A stretch of 64,000 nucleotides of DNA from Oikopleura dioica (taxonomy: Eukaryota; Animalia; Chordata), in contig OU015569.1 in assembly GCA_907165135.1 (NCBI GenBank), positions 7,440,001 through 7,504,000 of the forward strand, read 5' to 3'. Below, piece by piece: positions 1 to 12,700 of this stretch; the stretch's first letter is position 1, and the number at the start of each line of letters is the position of its first letter. Under the pieces are notes generated by a model. It was not told the DNA's origin. It saw only the letters and a list, made by a program, of their open reading frames with translations, and did no database searches. Both the position numbers and the translations under genes were made by a program.

Positions 1-1523
1 CTCTGCGGTCATCTTCTCCTCGCCAAACTCTTTCACCTTTCTCCAAAATGTCATGTTCGCCGCTTCGTACACTCTTGTATCCACATTCTGCCACCGACGG
101 ATCTTTTCCTTTGTATCCTCTTCAAAATGTTTTCGCTGTGAGATATTCTTGGACATGGTCGCTATGTCGCTCCACGTCATGCACAGAAGATGTCTGAGCA
201 AAATGAGTGATTGTGGCAAATACTCCGAGAGCAAGACGAGATCGAATTCGTTGTCCACTGCAGAAATGATCTCAGCCATTTCGTCATCGCTCGGCAACGT
301 TTTCAAAAAGTTGTCGAATCCCATTTGAAAGGTCATCGAGTTCCGTGTCACGAAATCGGCGCCGCCAGCTCGACTAATCTCAGAGTTGATACTATTACTT
401 TCTTTCGAGTACCTATATTTTTCAGGCGACGACACAAAGTTCTCCACAGTCTTGGCTTGTTTGAAAGGTGGATTCCGAGGGAAGTATTTGAACAACGAAG
501 GAAAGAGTGTTCCCGGATCTCTACATACATTTTGAACGAATAGGTAAAGAGTATTTAAACAAACCTGAGAATCGTTATTCTGTAAGAATCTGATTTTGGA
601 AAAAGGTCGGCGACTTCCTTTGAATATCTTGTGTGCTGCTGCAGGATATCTGGGCGGCTTCTGTCGGGCAAGGGAAGCATCATCTTTTTCGCAAAAGGCT
701 TTCTGTAGTTAAAAATGAGAGCCCCATTCGACGGAAAGGCAAAGGTCTTGTCCGTTCGCAAACCGTATCTGTAGAGGATATTTTCGATGACAGAGGACGC
801 CGTTTTGTGAGTCTTCAAAAAGTAGAGTCTATCTTCATGGAGCGCAACAAAATTTTACATATTTTTCATTCAAAAAAACCATCACTCCCTTCCTTTTTGG
901 CGAACACAGTGTTCTGGGGTCGCATCGTAATCGATTCCATCAGATTTATCGTTCTCATTTAGAATCACTTTCAAGATTTAAACAACTAACGATATAAATA
1001 AGCCTTCGTAGCGTGTTTAATAAATTCTGTCTGTATGAACGCTTTCATTCCAAGTTATTTTGGCATTTAAATCGGTCCTTGTTCTTGTACGAGTTCGGGC
1101 GCTTTCTTCCCATCTTCAAGTTGAACTGGAGATGGGAGATCCTTAGTCCGCGAAACGATAAATGGCTAATAAATATTTTCCATGGGCCTTATTAAAAAAG
1201 TCTACCGAAGTTTGTGGAAACTCGACGATGAATTTTCCACCAGCGAAAAACCAGCCAACGGAGACGGAACACAGGATCGTCAACAGCAGAAAAAGACTGC
1301 GCACAATAAAGGTTTTCCATAAAACTGTTTTACTCTCAGTCTGGCCGAATCCACTCTTGGATAAAAGAGACCGCTTTGATCCGCCCACTGAAATGGGATT
1401 ATCCGAAAACGTCTGGACAAATTATCACTACAATTGATATAAACTTCGCGAAGACAAAGTATAAGAGAGATATTCTATCCATAACTTACCGCTACTTGTC
1501 CTTATTAGCGGCACTGCTTCCAT
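1..1523 (-). CDS. Galactose-3-O-sulfotransferase family, type II membrane protein; multi-exon, runs off the left edge
   Basis: PAPS-binding FLKTHKTASS..NILYRYG..FAFP motif (ORF 555-818); N-terminal TM segment in ORF 1143-1388. Start and exon boundaries approximate. Confidence 0.85.
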
Positions 1524-2465
1524 TTTGATATAAAAAGCGAATCGCCCTTTTATTGATTAATTATAGTAGTCATCACTGTTTTGTGCTATTTTGCATATCG
1601 CGGTTGGGACCTAGTCACCCGCCGTAGGCTGGGTCATCCAACAAATAAGAGTCTTATTATAAGACGCCAAGGTGGGAGGGCTTCTCAAAAATAATGTCGG
1701 ACTCTTTCGGGGCGATGCGGGGCTCGTTGCGCGGCCTTCGAGAAAACTCCGCGCAGAGCGATCACCTACGCGCCACAATTTTCCTCAATGTTACGTCACA
1801 AAATATCGAGCTTCAATACAATTCGGTTCAAACGTTGATAAGACTCCTTAGAGACTCCGAAGCGCTAGAATCTACTTCTCTCGTCTAATATTACCGGTGA
1901 GAAATGTTTTGCGTTGATTGATGATTTCAACTTGCACAATAGATTTTAATAAGTTTTTAACACATACTTTTGACTTTGTCTTGTTTCTCTTAAATTTATC
2001 GAAAAGTTGTGTAATTGAAAACCCCGTCTATAAATTTGCCATACATCCGACTAACTTCTCTTTTAACTGTCCATTGCCTGCAAGAACCTTTGAGTATCGG
2101 ATTTTAAGTAGCCAAAAAGATCAGGACTCTGTGCTGGGGGGCACAATACCCGGTAATGGGAGTTGTACGGAGGGTCTTTGCGTTGACCTTTGCGATAAAA
2201 GCGCTTGGAAACCTTTGCCGTTCGTGAGACACTTTCTTCTCGGCTTATGTGGCCCGTTATCGCTCATTTGAATGACGATCGTCTTCTTGTCTAACTTTCG
2301 CTGCAGCATTTTCAGAGTCTCTTTCTAGCAACTAATCTTTCCGACTATTCAACCGGGGTGTCTTTTTTTAAGAATCGATCTGAGCCCTCTGTTTTGCTAC
2401 TCGAATCGATGCGCAATGCGTCAGCCCTATCTATGTTTTAGTTATGTTCCCTTTTTAGTTGAAGC

Positions 2466-3043
2466 ATGCTGCGAAGGGCCCTCAAAATCTCACCCATCGT
2501 CGGAAAAACGGCTTTGCGTCCCGCTTCGTACTCATTTTCTCCCGTACAACGAATGCGCGAAGAGAATGAAGAGCTCAAGAGGAAACGACTCTTCTGGGTA
2601 AAAAGCCTTTCTCAGCTTCGAACTAATCATTTTCGAACTTAGCAAAGCCGAAAGCGAGGAATCACAGAAAACGATCTTCTCTTGGGAACATTTGCCGATC
2701 AGTACTTGGCCGACTTTACAATGGATCAGATGCTGGCTTACGACCGCATTATTAACAGCACTGGTAATTGATATGATATCAATGATATCTTGAATTCGCT
2801 GCTTTTTACCGATTGAAACCGATAGTATACGATCCGACCGTGACAGAATGGGATTTGTACTACTGGTTCGTCGAGGAACGCCCCTACCCAGAAGACTTGA
2901 TCAAGGACTCAGAGCTGACTGCTGCGTACGCTCACGAGGAGATTCCCGGCGTGCGTGATATGATGCAGATGATCATCGAACACTCCAAAAACAAGAAGCG
3001 AGATATTATTGTCCAACCGAAATTCAATAAGGCCTTTGTTTAA
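2466..3043 (+). CDS. SDHAF2: Succinate dehydrogenase assembly factor 2 (SDH5), about 3 exons
   Basis: Spliced reading MLRRALK...KRKRLFW|QSRKRGITENDLLLGTFA...YDRIIN...EWDLYYW matches the SDH5 signature RKRGxxExD and WDxYYW; N-terminus resembles a mitochondrial presequence. Confidence 0.88.
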
Positions 3044-3136
3044 AAGCATTTATTCACTGCTCCTTTTTTGAAAATTCATATAATTCTAGAACACTGTCTA
3101 CAGAACGGAATAACATTAGCTGTGTTCAGAGAGGGC

Positions 3137-5919
3137 ATGAGATTCGGAAATAACCAGCTCAGAGCGGCGCTTCGCCAGTTGACCGTCTTCCACAGAAGTC
3201 CTGTGGTCTATCACCAGAGAGTACTCTCTCTAGGGACTAACTTTCTTGCGCCAAAGGTAAAAACTCTCTTAGAGAAAAGTGTTAACTTTGAGCATTAGGG
3301 ATTCGGAAATTTCAAAGGAAAATCAACCAAATCAAGCGGTAGAAAATCACGCTCGTCCAATGAGTCGAAAGAGCCAGCGTCTAACGAAACTCCAAAAGAT
3401 GATAATCTCAAGGGTAAAGAAGAACCCGAAATGAAGGAGAAAAGCTTCGAGTTTAAAATTGAGCTAGGCGGCGGCGGCGGCGGAAAAGACCCCAAGAAAG
3501 ACCCGAAAGATAACAAGAAAAAGAACAAAAACAGCGCGGCTGAAAATGGTCCACTTGATAACTATGGTTTCGTTGGAGATCCCAAGTCTCAGTGGCTTTT
3601 TATTGGATTTATTACTTCTATTTTGTTGTCTTATCTTTATGAAAACGATTTATTAAGGCATTGGTTTAAATGAAGTTTACGAAACATTCTCTCACATAAT
3701 CTTAACACCAATCAAAGTTCGGAAAGAGAAGTCGCCTTTACCCAGTTTCTGAATGATCTGAAAAAAGGATCAGTCGAGAGCGTAAATGTAGTCAATCGAG
3801 AATATGGAACCTATAAAACGAAAGCAAGTAACGAATTTATCAGGTAAGCTTTCGGACTCGAGTGGAACAATATATAAATTTTTTTAGATTCCCTATTGGC
3901 TCCGTAGACCAGCTTGAAACACAAATGCGTGTGATCCAGTCCGATAACGAGATACCCTATGAAAACCGTGTTAGCGTGAATTATGTGACTACAGCGAAGC
4001 CGTTTTCTATCATCGCCAATAACATTTTCCCTGTGATGATCCTCGCTTACTTCATAACAAAGCGTGCAAAAGATGGCCAAGGATTTGGGATGGGTGGCTC
4101 TATGCCCCCACAAACTGGTGGCAAAGCGGCGAAGGGCAAGAAGGGGAAGCAGCCCCAGGCCCCTCCTAACCCTTTCAATCCAATGGGGAACACAACGAAA
4201 TCAACTGCAACCATCATTGACCCAGAAGACATCGATGTTCGATTCAGCGATGTGGCCGGCTGCGATGAGTCGAAAGTAGAAATCATGGAGTTCGTCAACT
4301 TCCTCAAGCATCCAGAAAATTACGAAGCGCTTGGTGCCAAGATTCCCAAAGGAGCGATTCTCAACGGGCCTCCTGGAACTGGTAAGACCTTGCTCGGAAA
4401 AGCCACAGCTGGTGAAGCAGGAGTCACTTTTATCTCGGTCAATGGATCCGAATTCCAGGAAATGTTCGTCGGCGTAGGTGCTGCCAGAGTGCGTGACATG
4501 TTCAACACTGCCCGAGAAAACTCACCAGCCATCTTATTCATCGACGAAATCGACGCTGTCGGTAGAAAACGAGGAGGACGCATGGGAAGCGGTGAAGCTG
4601 ATGTAACCCTCAATCAGATTCTAACTGAAATGGACGGTTTCAACTCCATAGATGACAACGTTGTCGTCATGGCCGCTACAAACAGATTAGACACCTTGGA
4701 TGATGCGCTCTTGCGACCTGGTCGATTCGACAGACAGATCTACATCGGCGCCCCTGATATCAAGGGACGAGCACAAATTCTCAAAATCCATTTGAAAAAT
4801 AAGAAACTAGCTCCTGGGGTAAGATTTTAAATCCGTCTTTCTTTCTTAAATTTTTAAAAGATGGACCTTGAAGAAACTGCTAAGAAGCTAGCAGCTCGAA
4901 CTCCTGGAATGGCTGGAGCGGACCTAGCGAACGTCTGCAATGAGGGCGCTCTCATCGCTGCTAGAAATGCACAGAAGCATATCAATTTTATCGTAAGGAC
5001 TTTTGATGATATTACTGTTAAACGCTCATTAGGATTTCAACAGAGCGATCGATAGAGTGGTTGCTGGAATTGAGAAAAAGGGCAGTCTGATTAAGCCTCA
5101 TGAAAAATCCAAGATCGCGCATCACGAAGCTGGCCACGCCGTTACTGGCTGGTTTCTCGAACACGCCGATCCTCTCGTTAAAGTTACGATTGTTCCTCGT
5201 GGAAAAGCGCTTGGTTTCGCTATGTACCAACCTAGTGATTTGAATCTCATGCCAGAAGAACAGATTCTCGATCGAATCTGTGTCTCACTCGGAGGCCGTA
5301 TTGCAGAAGACATTTTCTTCAACTCTGTTACTACGGGTGCCAGTGATGATCTCGACAAAGGTAATGAATTAACTAATTTTTTAAACAGCCATGTTTCCAG
5401 TCACCAAAATGGCATACGCAATGGTTACCCAGTTTGGATTCTCAAAGAAAATCGGCCAGGTCAATTATTCCAATATGGGTGATGGCATGAACAAGCCCTA
5501 CTCTGAGGAAACTGGTCGGGAAATCGACGCAGAAGTAAAAGCTATAATCGGTATGGACCAAATTACTTTATCAGAGTCATATGCTCCTTCAAGACAAATG
5601 CTGGGACAGAACTTACACGTTGCTGACTGAGAAAAAAGACATACTCGAGAATTTGGCTGGCCGGCTTTTGGAGCAAGAGACGATTGAGAGGGCTGACCTT
5701 GTTGAGATTCTCGGCGAACGCCCATTCAAAGAGATGACAACTTATGAGGAATATGTGGAGGGCACTGGAAGGTAAGAAATAATTCCAATCGTCGATAATT
5801 TTATTTGATTAACTAAAAACAACCTTAGCGTCGATGGATCCATCGAAGACGACCTGCCGGAAGGTCTCAAAGGCTGGAAAGAACCAGCAAAGGGAGACAA
5901 AAAGGAGGACGAAAAGTAA
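3137..5919 (+). CDS. AFG3L2: Mitochondrial m-AAA protease subunit (AFG3-like), multi-exon
   Basis: Walker A GPPGTGKT, Walker [19 protein letters not shown], zinc motif HEAGH, and C-terminal [10 protein letters not shown]...LPEGLKGW typical of AFG3L2. Confidence 0.93.
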
Positions 5920-6227
5920 CTACCTGTCAACATCCTTTTGGCCATGAGCATATAATTCATTCAACTTCGTCGCCGCGAATCTTCAACTCGCCTGACTTAT
6001 TCCAGAATACCTGTAATTTAAATACAAACTACTTCGTACGGACAAAACATTAATAAAGACATTGTTAAAATTGATATATTTTTGATGTCTTTTATCCCCA
6101 GTAGATATCAAATGGTAGTTGCTCTATCTTTGAAATTAGGAGCAAATCGAGCGTAACCGCGCCGCAGAGCATGTTTGGAACTCTTAAACTACTCTCTGTC
6201 CTCTTTTTAGTTGACTCAGAGAAGTAA

Positions 6228-6763
6228 ATGAAAGTAAGCGAATGGGGCATGTTTGTGAGCATCACTGCAGCAGGAGGTATGCTTAGTATCGACTCTTGCA
6301 GGATTTTTATCTGGCCGATCTAAAAAGCTTCAGTTCTTCTCACATGTCTTGTTATCTGCTGCTGGAAGAAGACACCCGTCACAAATGCAGAGGATCTATC
6401 TCAAACAGACGCTTTATCGAGTCGGATAGAACCGGCTGGAAACGGTCAAAAGGTCTTCCTTGTGCAGAACATTCCAAGGAGGAAGACTGTGACCAGACTA
6501 CGATCATTTGACTACGAGCTTTTTTGTATGGGATGCTTGAAACCGGTAGGACCTTTTGTGAGACTAAGCCTAAATCGGATCAGTTTGACGAAAGCAAAGA
6601 GAGGGTGGCACTACCACATTGCATTCACTCTATTTGCCGAGATTGTCTCTTCGATGCGCCATTAGATTTAAGATGCATGCGATGCGGACAAACTATCTTT
6701 ACAATCAACCAAGAAGTAATCGAAGGAGAAGACTATGGCTTTAGAAAGTCACATATTGTCTAG
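6228..6763 (+). CDS. Small C3HC4 RING-finger protein (5' structure uncertain)
   Basis: Spliced CMGC...LPHCIHSICRDC...CMRC gives C3HC4 spacing. Confidence 0.6.
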
Positions 6764-9701
6764 CGTTGGAAAATAAATTCATAGGTCTATCTTCAATTCG
6801 TCTGAGAGCTCACTTTTTATTCGTTAATTTTTATGATTTCCTATAAGAAGGATAATTCCCAGCAGGAAGCCATTTACGTCAAAGTACAATCGTACAATAC
6901 CTTCAAATAATTTAATGATCAGACAAGGAGGTGCGATGGGGTTTGATCTGACAGCCGAACATCCTATTTGGGGTGGTCCCTTCAAAAAATGTCTGAATTG
7001 ATCATTTATGATCAAAGCCCGGACGGAAGGAAGTAATGGCTTTCGCTGATATGCGCAGACGCAAGGCGCCGAAATTTACATTTTCATTATTGTATCTTCA
7101 AATAAGAAAAACTGGTCATTTTGACTCTTCAACTTTCGTTTTATTCGAAAATAGGAATCAAAAGCTATCAGTTATTCTAGTAGCCATTTGTAAAACGCCT
7201 GGGGCATGTGGCCAAAAAGTTGCTGCCAGTCCGCTTTGTTGCATAATGAATAACGAAGGCGATTCCGACTATGTTGCAGCATAAATATTTCATCTCGCGA
7301 CTCCATCATTGAGCCCAAAAATGTCAAAGTCGGCCTTTGATGCTGTCTCACTTACACCTTTACATTAGGGCACATTACACCCACCCGTCCAGTTCAAACT
7401 CGCCCCAGAAATGCGGACATCCGGAGTACATTGCCCTTTTGATCATGAATTGATTCTGGGTCGAGGTCGGGCCCCTTTTTTTATTCACAAAGTAAATCTA
7501 ATTCATCACTATTGCTTGCCAATATAAGTAGATGTTATTGTAGAAATTACTGTCTGAGAAGGGATTTTTACGCGTTTGATGTGATTGAGTGGAGCGATTT
7601 TACGATTTAGAATTCAGTTTTATAATCTGTTGAATTTGGATCTCATTGAAAGATACAAATTTTTGCAAATAGGCCCATAACTCTTTTCTCCTGATCAATC
7701 AGCTGGAAATGCACGCGGGTTGTCTTATGATCAGTTCACTGCAGTCCCATTCAACTCAATGACTATCTTGAGATCTATGAAACAATACGGCTCATCTTGA
7801 TTGGGGCCGTCAAACTCTTCCTAGGTGAGTTTCCGTTTCTGGACACACCTGCCGGGTAGATAATTTAAAATTATCAGCTTGTAGCGCGAAGCAGCAATTA
7901 GCAAATTGTTGGAAATTTTTCGACAATATTCTACTAGATACTCAGGAAGTTTGGATCGAGATCATCGTGAAGTTAAGCAGCAAGGGCCGTCATCTAAAAT
8001 CGAGTCAAGTGGATCCAGTCACACTCGTCTAGAATAGGTCAAGGCGCTCTCGTCCCACAAACTCTCCACGGATCGTTTTCTACTGATTCCAAATGAGTGG
8101 CAGTTTTGATTACACAAAATGAAGGAATAACGCTCGGAGCGATACTGTCACTCTTCAAAAAGTACTTGCCTCTACAATCACCTTGCCGAGTTTGCATACG
8201 GCTTCGACTATCGAATATTTGAAAGGTAGTGATCAGAAGTAAATCTGGTGACACAGATCGGATACATATGACATTTCAAATATTTGTCCTGGAGCTGCCA
8301 AACTGAAACTTTCAGCAAGATATTTCAAACAACAAAGATTGCTGTTTGTCTGTTCTTTCGGCTAATTGGAGCAAGAGGATAGATCAAAACGTTACTTTTT
8401 TTATCATTCAAGACTTTAAATGCCAGTTAGATTATATGTCTCTTATATTGTTGTGAGGAAAAAGGTCGGCTGGGTGCTAATGGTATCTAAGCAATAATAA
8501 TTATGTTTGCATTTCAATGCATTTAGTCAGTGGCATTCCTCAAGTGATTTCCGAAGAGGAAGGTGTTTCTAATGGCAACACAAAAAAGGCAGAAAATAAT
8601 CTGCCTCGGCAAAGTTCATTATGACTAGTGTTTATGCTCTTGCCATAAACGAGCCCAGAATCAAGGAAAAACAAAGAAGAATAGTTTCGCCATTCATCAA
8701 AATCAACGCTCAGATTCTTTATGCAAGCTCGAAGCCTAAAGACTCGTAAACCGCATAATTAAGCCAGTAACGGATATCGTTTGCAGCAAGGAGAATCTAA
8801 GTGCAAAATTGGCTGTTTTATCACCAAACCATTAGTTTCGGTGTTTTCTTTTATGTTTTACGTATTCAAGATTGCATTCTAGTTACCAAAATAAACGCGC
8901 AGCGCTTTGGTCAAATAGAATGGTTTCAGTTTTTAAGTCGGCGAAGAAAGGGTTTAGGCCGATTTGGCTCTAAAATTAGAAAGTTTGAAGCTGAGGCGAG
9001 AAAAAATTGCTTTCCTCTATCGAATCTGTCCATCAACTTTCTTCATTTGTCACGCGAGGCACAATTAATTTGTCTCCAATACAATATTGCGTGAGGAGAG
9101 TGCTTGACTCCGTATTGAACTCGCAGCGAATTATATTTTCTCTGGAGAGAATGTGAACATGAAATTTTAATCGCCTTCAAGTGCCTACCTAGTGCTGACA
9201 CTTTCTTTTCTCCTTCCATTTTCCTATTCAAGAAGATCTCTTCGATTCAAGATCATGCTATTTAAGCAGTAAAAACTGTCTACTAACTCAAAAATAATAC
9301 TGAAAGCATTTATGCCCTATATTCTTTGACGAAACAAATCGACGTTGGGTATGCATATGCACCAGCTGGCATGGCTCAAGAATGCACTATCGACCTTGGC
9401 GATCTGTTTGGGTCTGCGCAGGCGTTCCCGGAGATGGGATCCCACCGTGAAAACCCAAACGGTGAGGAGCCAGCTTGGCTCCCTGGAAATTTTTCGCTGG
9501 CCGTGTCGACGACAGGCAGCGCGCCCTCGCGAAGTTTTACACAGCGCCATCGCATCGTCGCGCGACCAAACTTTGCACCCTTACTAATTTTTCAATTACA
9601 AATATAACTACTAGTAGTACAGATCACAAAAAAAAATATTTTTGAAAAACTACGAAAACTACAAACCCATATTAGAGATAAGAAAAGAGATTGACAGAAG
9701 A

Positions 9702-12700
9702 ATGCCGTCTCAGGCGTCAGATGTTGAGACGAAGACTCTGACAAGCGCGGTGAGGACGAAAGAGAATCGTCTTCAAGAGAACAGGAAAGGGAAAGTTACT
9801 TTCTTGACTTATATTTACAGCAGCAAAAATTCATTTGAACCAAAAGCGTTCGTTCAATTCATGCATTTTCTTGCGCTGGCGCTGGCCCAAGCCGCGCATG
9901 TTTCTAAGGAAAGTGATTGTGATCCCTTGCCACAGACTGCAATGTATAAATATCTCGTCTATTGTGTTGTTCCTGTTGTGCATAGCATCTTTTACTTCCG
10001 TGTTCATGTTTTCTCGACGAATCACCGCCCTTGAGTCCGTAAATTCGGATCTGATATCGAGGCTGGTTTCACTGGAGGACCTTCGCTCTAAGGACCAAAC
10101 AAGAATTAATGACTTGACAGAAGAGGTAAGTTCGCAAAAAAAAACTAAAAACAAGATAATCACGGATTTCAAAGTGCCATCTCATGTAAATCAAACTTCA
10201 AAAGTGATATCGAAAATAGAAGGGAATCAATTTCCTCCGACTAAAGGGGGTGATATTTACATCACGTGGTGGAGCACATCCTCCCTGACCCAGGGTCATT
10301 TCCGGTGAACAGAAATGCACCTCTTTTGATGGGTTGACATGTCGACAAAGTTCCACATTAGCACAGTTTAGTAAATAAAAGCGTAACATTCGCGGTTAAT
10401 TTGGTCTTTTCGGACAGCCTAAATTTTAGCCTATCAGCGCTGGAAATTCTTGCACGAGCAGATAACGACCAGATTGACCTTATCGACAGTAACGCTCGAA
10501 GGAGCACTCGATTCCCCATAATTCACCAAGATTTGACCTATGGGCCCCTTACCAAAACAAATTAAAATGAGGATTCCTAATTCTTGCAACCAGTTCTATT
10601 CTCAATTTAGGTTAGATCTGCCAAAGCACCTGAAGCTCTTAAAATTCGTTTCACGGTACAGATAGAAACCATTGACATGCTTTTCTTTATATGACGGTGT
10701 GTTGCGCCTGATATTCTAATTGCCAAAATTTTATTCTCAAAATTTTTCCAGTAGCGGAAAGCATGAAAAATTTCTAACAAGTAAAATTTTGAGCAATGAA
10801 ATTTCGCGCTTGCTTGCCAGCTAACTTCCGTCTGCTAATCCTAATAACGAAATGATACAGTAGTGAAAGTTCCGGCCCAGTTATGCCTATCTGAGTTGTA
10901 AGCGAGGACAGCGTTTAGATTTACTCGCCCCGATTGTGGGGATTTATGGGTCTCCGATTTTGAGTAGTCCAGCGATTTTGAACCCAAATTTTGGGATTAG
11001 CCCTTGTCAATAAGCGCTCACGACGGGTGCGATGATAAATCAACTGATAAGGGTGCTGGAGAGCTCGGCAGGTGGTCCGCAATTCTGTTCAGAATAAGCG
11101 CGTCCGAGGCATACTGACTTGGCAGGGATCCCTGAACAAACAGATGGAATCGTAAATCCTTCGTTTTGGGATCAATCTGCACTATACTGGCAACACTTGT
11201 TTGTAAAGCCGACTTATCGATAGCTTGGGGACGGATTTCGCCGTCTGTAGACAATTTGATTTTGTCGCTTTTGGAAGGAGATGTAACTGCTCTCCCGTTT
11301 CCGGCGCGACATCCGGTTTCAGACTCTCGATCAAGCCTTCTTTCGAGTGCTGAAAGCTGAGACTCTCCAGATACCCTCCACAGAATCGAAAGATCCTTCT
11401 CTCTGCTTTCCGGTTCGCTCCGGTGGCTTCATTTCATCTGACCCTATTAGGGCGATTTTGCGAAAATGTTCAGCCCCAATTTAAATTTTTTTAACCAACA
11501 ATCGCCCTTTGATGATCGCTAAATAATGACGCCTCTGGACTCTCTTTTTACCGCCTTTTATCCTTTTGGGACTAATATTTGACCGCACAGCATGAAGACC
11601 TTGTAGGCATTCCATTTTCTGTGCCTGTGTATAAGCTTTTCATCCTTAGAACTAACACTGGAAGCAACATTAGTTTTTGTTTGAATTTGCCTGGCGAATA
11701 GGTCCTCTAACTTTATATTTAGCAAATGGAAGAAAACATTGCCGCTAGAATCCGACGTCAAGCTCCATGTGCCTGTCCAAAAGGCGACCCAGGTCCTCCT
11801 GGCCCACCAGGTATTTATATTAAATACAAACTGTATTTCTTGCTCCCCATTTCGCATGCGATAAGCATCCGATCGATTTCTCCGTTGTAAAAAAACGCCG
11901 GGAATGCTTATCTTATTGAAGATTATATTGGCCCTTAACAAGAACTGACGGGTTTCATTCATTCAGTGAAAATATAATTTTCGTCATTGTTGTTTTTCCG
12001 CCTCAATTTGGGCAATTTGCGAAAGCGGAACTTCTGAAGCGAACCTCTTTTTAAATTTTCATTAGCAAACGGCCTTTTATGAGTCTTTCGTCTTTGCTAT
12101 TAGTCGGGCGAATTTTATTTTTCTATAAATTTAATACAAGCCTTCGTTTTCTCACGGAAACTTGATTATCGAAATCCGGCTGCCCTTGACGTTTGGGGTT
12201 TGATTTCGCTGGCAGCTGTAGCGGATTTCCAAAAGCAGCAACAAACCCTAAAAACGCTCAAAGCCGAAGCCAACCCATCAACCTAAGGGTAGTTTTTTGA
12301 CGTGAAGATTACATCCAATAGGGCGTAATCATCATGTCTACTGTCGTAAAATTTCCTGCTCAATGTCACGAAAATGCCTTTGTGGGGCGACATCCGCCGG
12401 ATTAGCACACAATTCCCCGAGTTATAAAATATTTAAATTGGGAGTATTCATTCAGCAATGCACCACCTCTTCTCCACGGCTTAAAATGAGGCGCAAAATT
12501 AACCCGGATGCACACTGGTCACTTCCGGAATTTCTGCTGATTTAGTTGGATGCTCACGGGCACCTAAAGTCGGAAGTACTAATCCGACAGTTAGTAAAAA
12601 TAAACAGGACATGCGTTGGTCCAGTGCCAACGAGTGATAAAGGCGAGCTCGAGCGGTCGGTGAGCAAAGAGCAATATTTGAAATGCCTTTCGAAAGATTT

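Noticed and set aside
6800-9600. Short ORFs in the long gap upstream of the collagen gene
   Set aside because: No motifs or consistent exon structure; probably regulatory or intergenic DNA.
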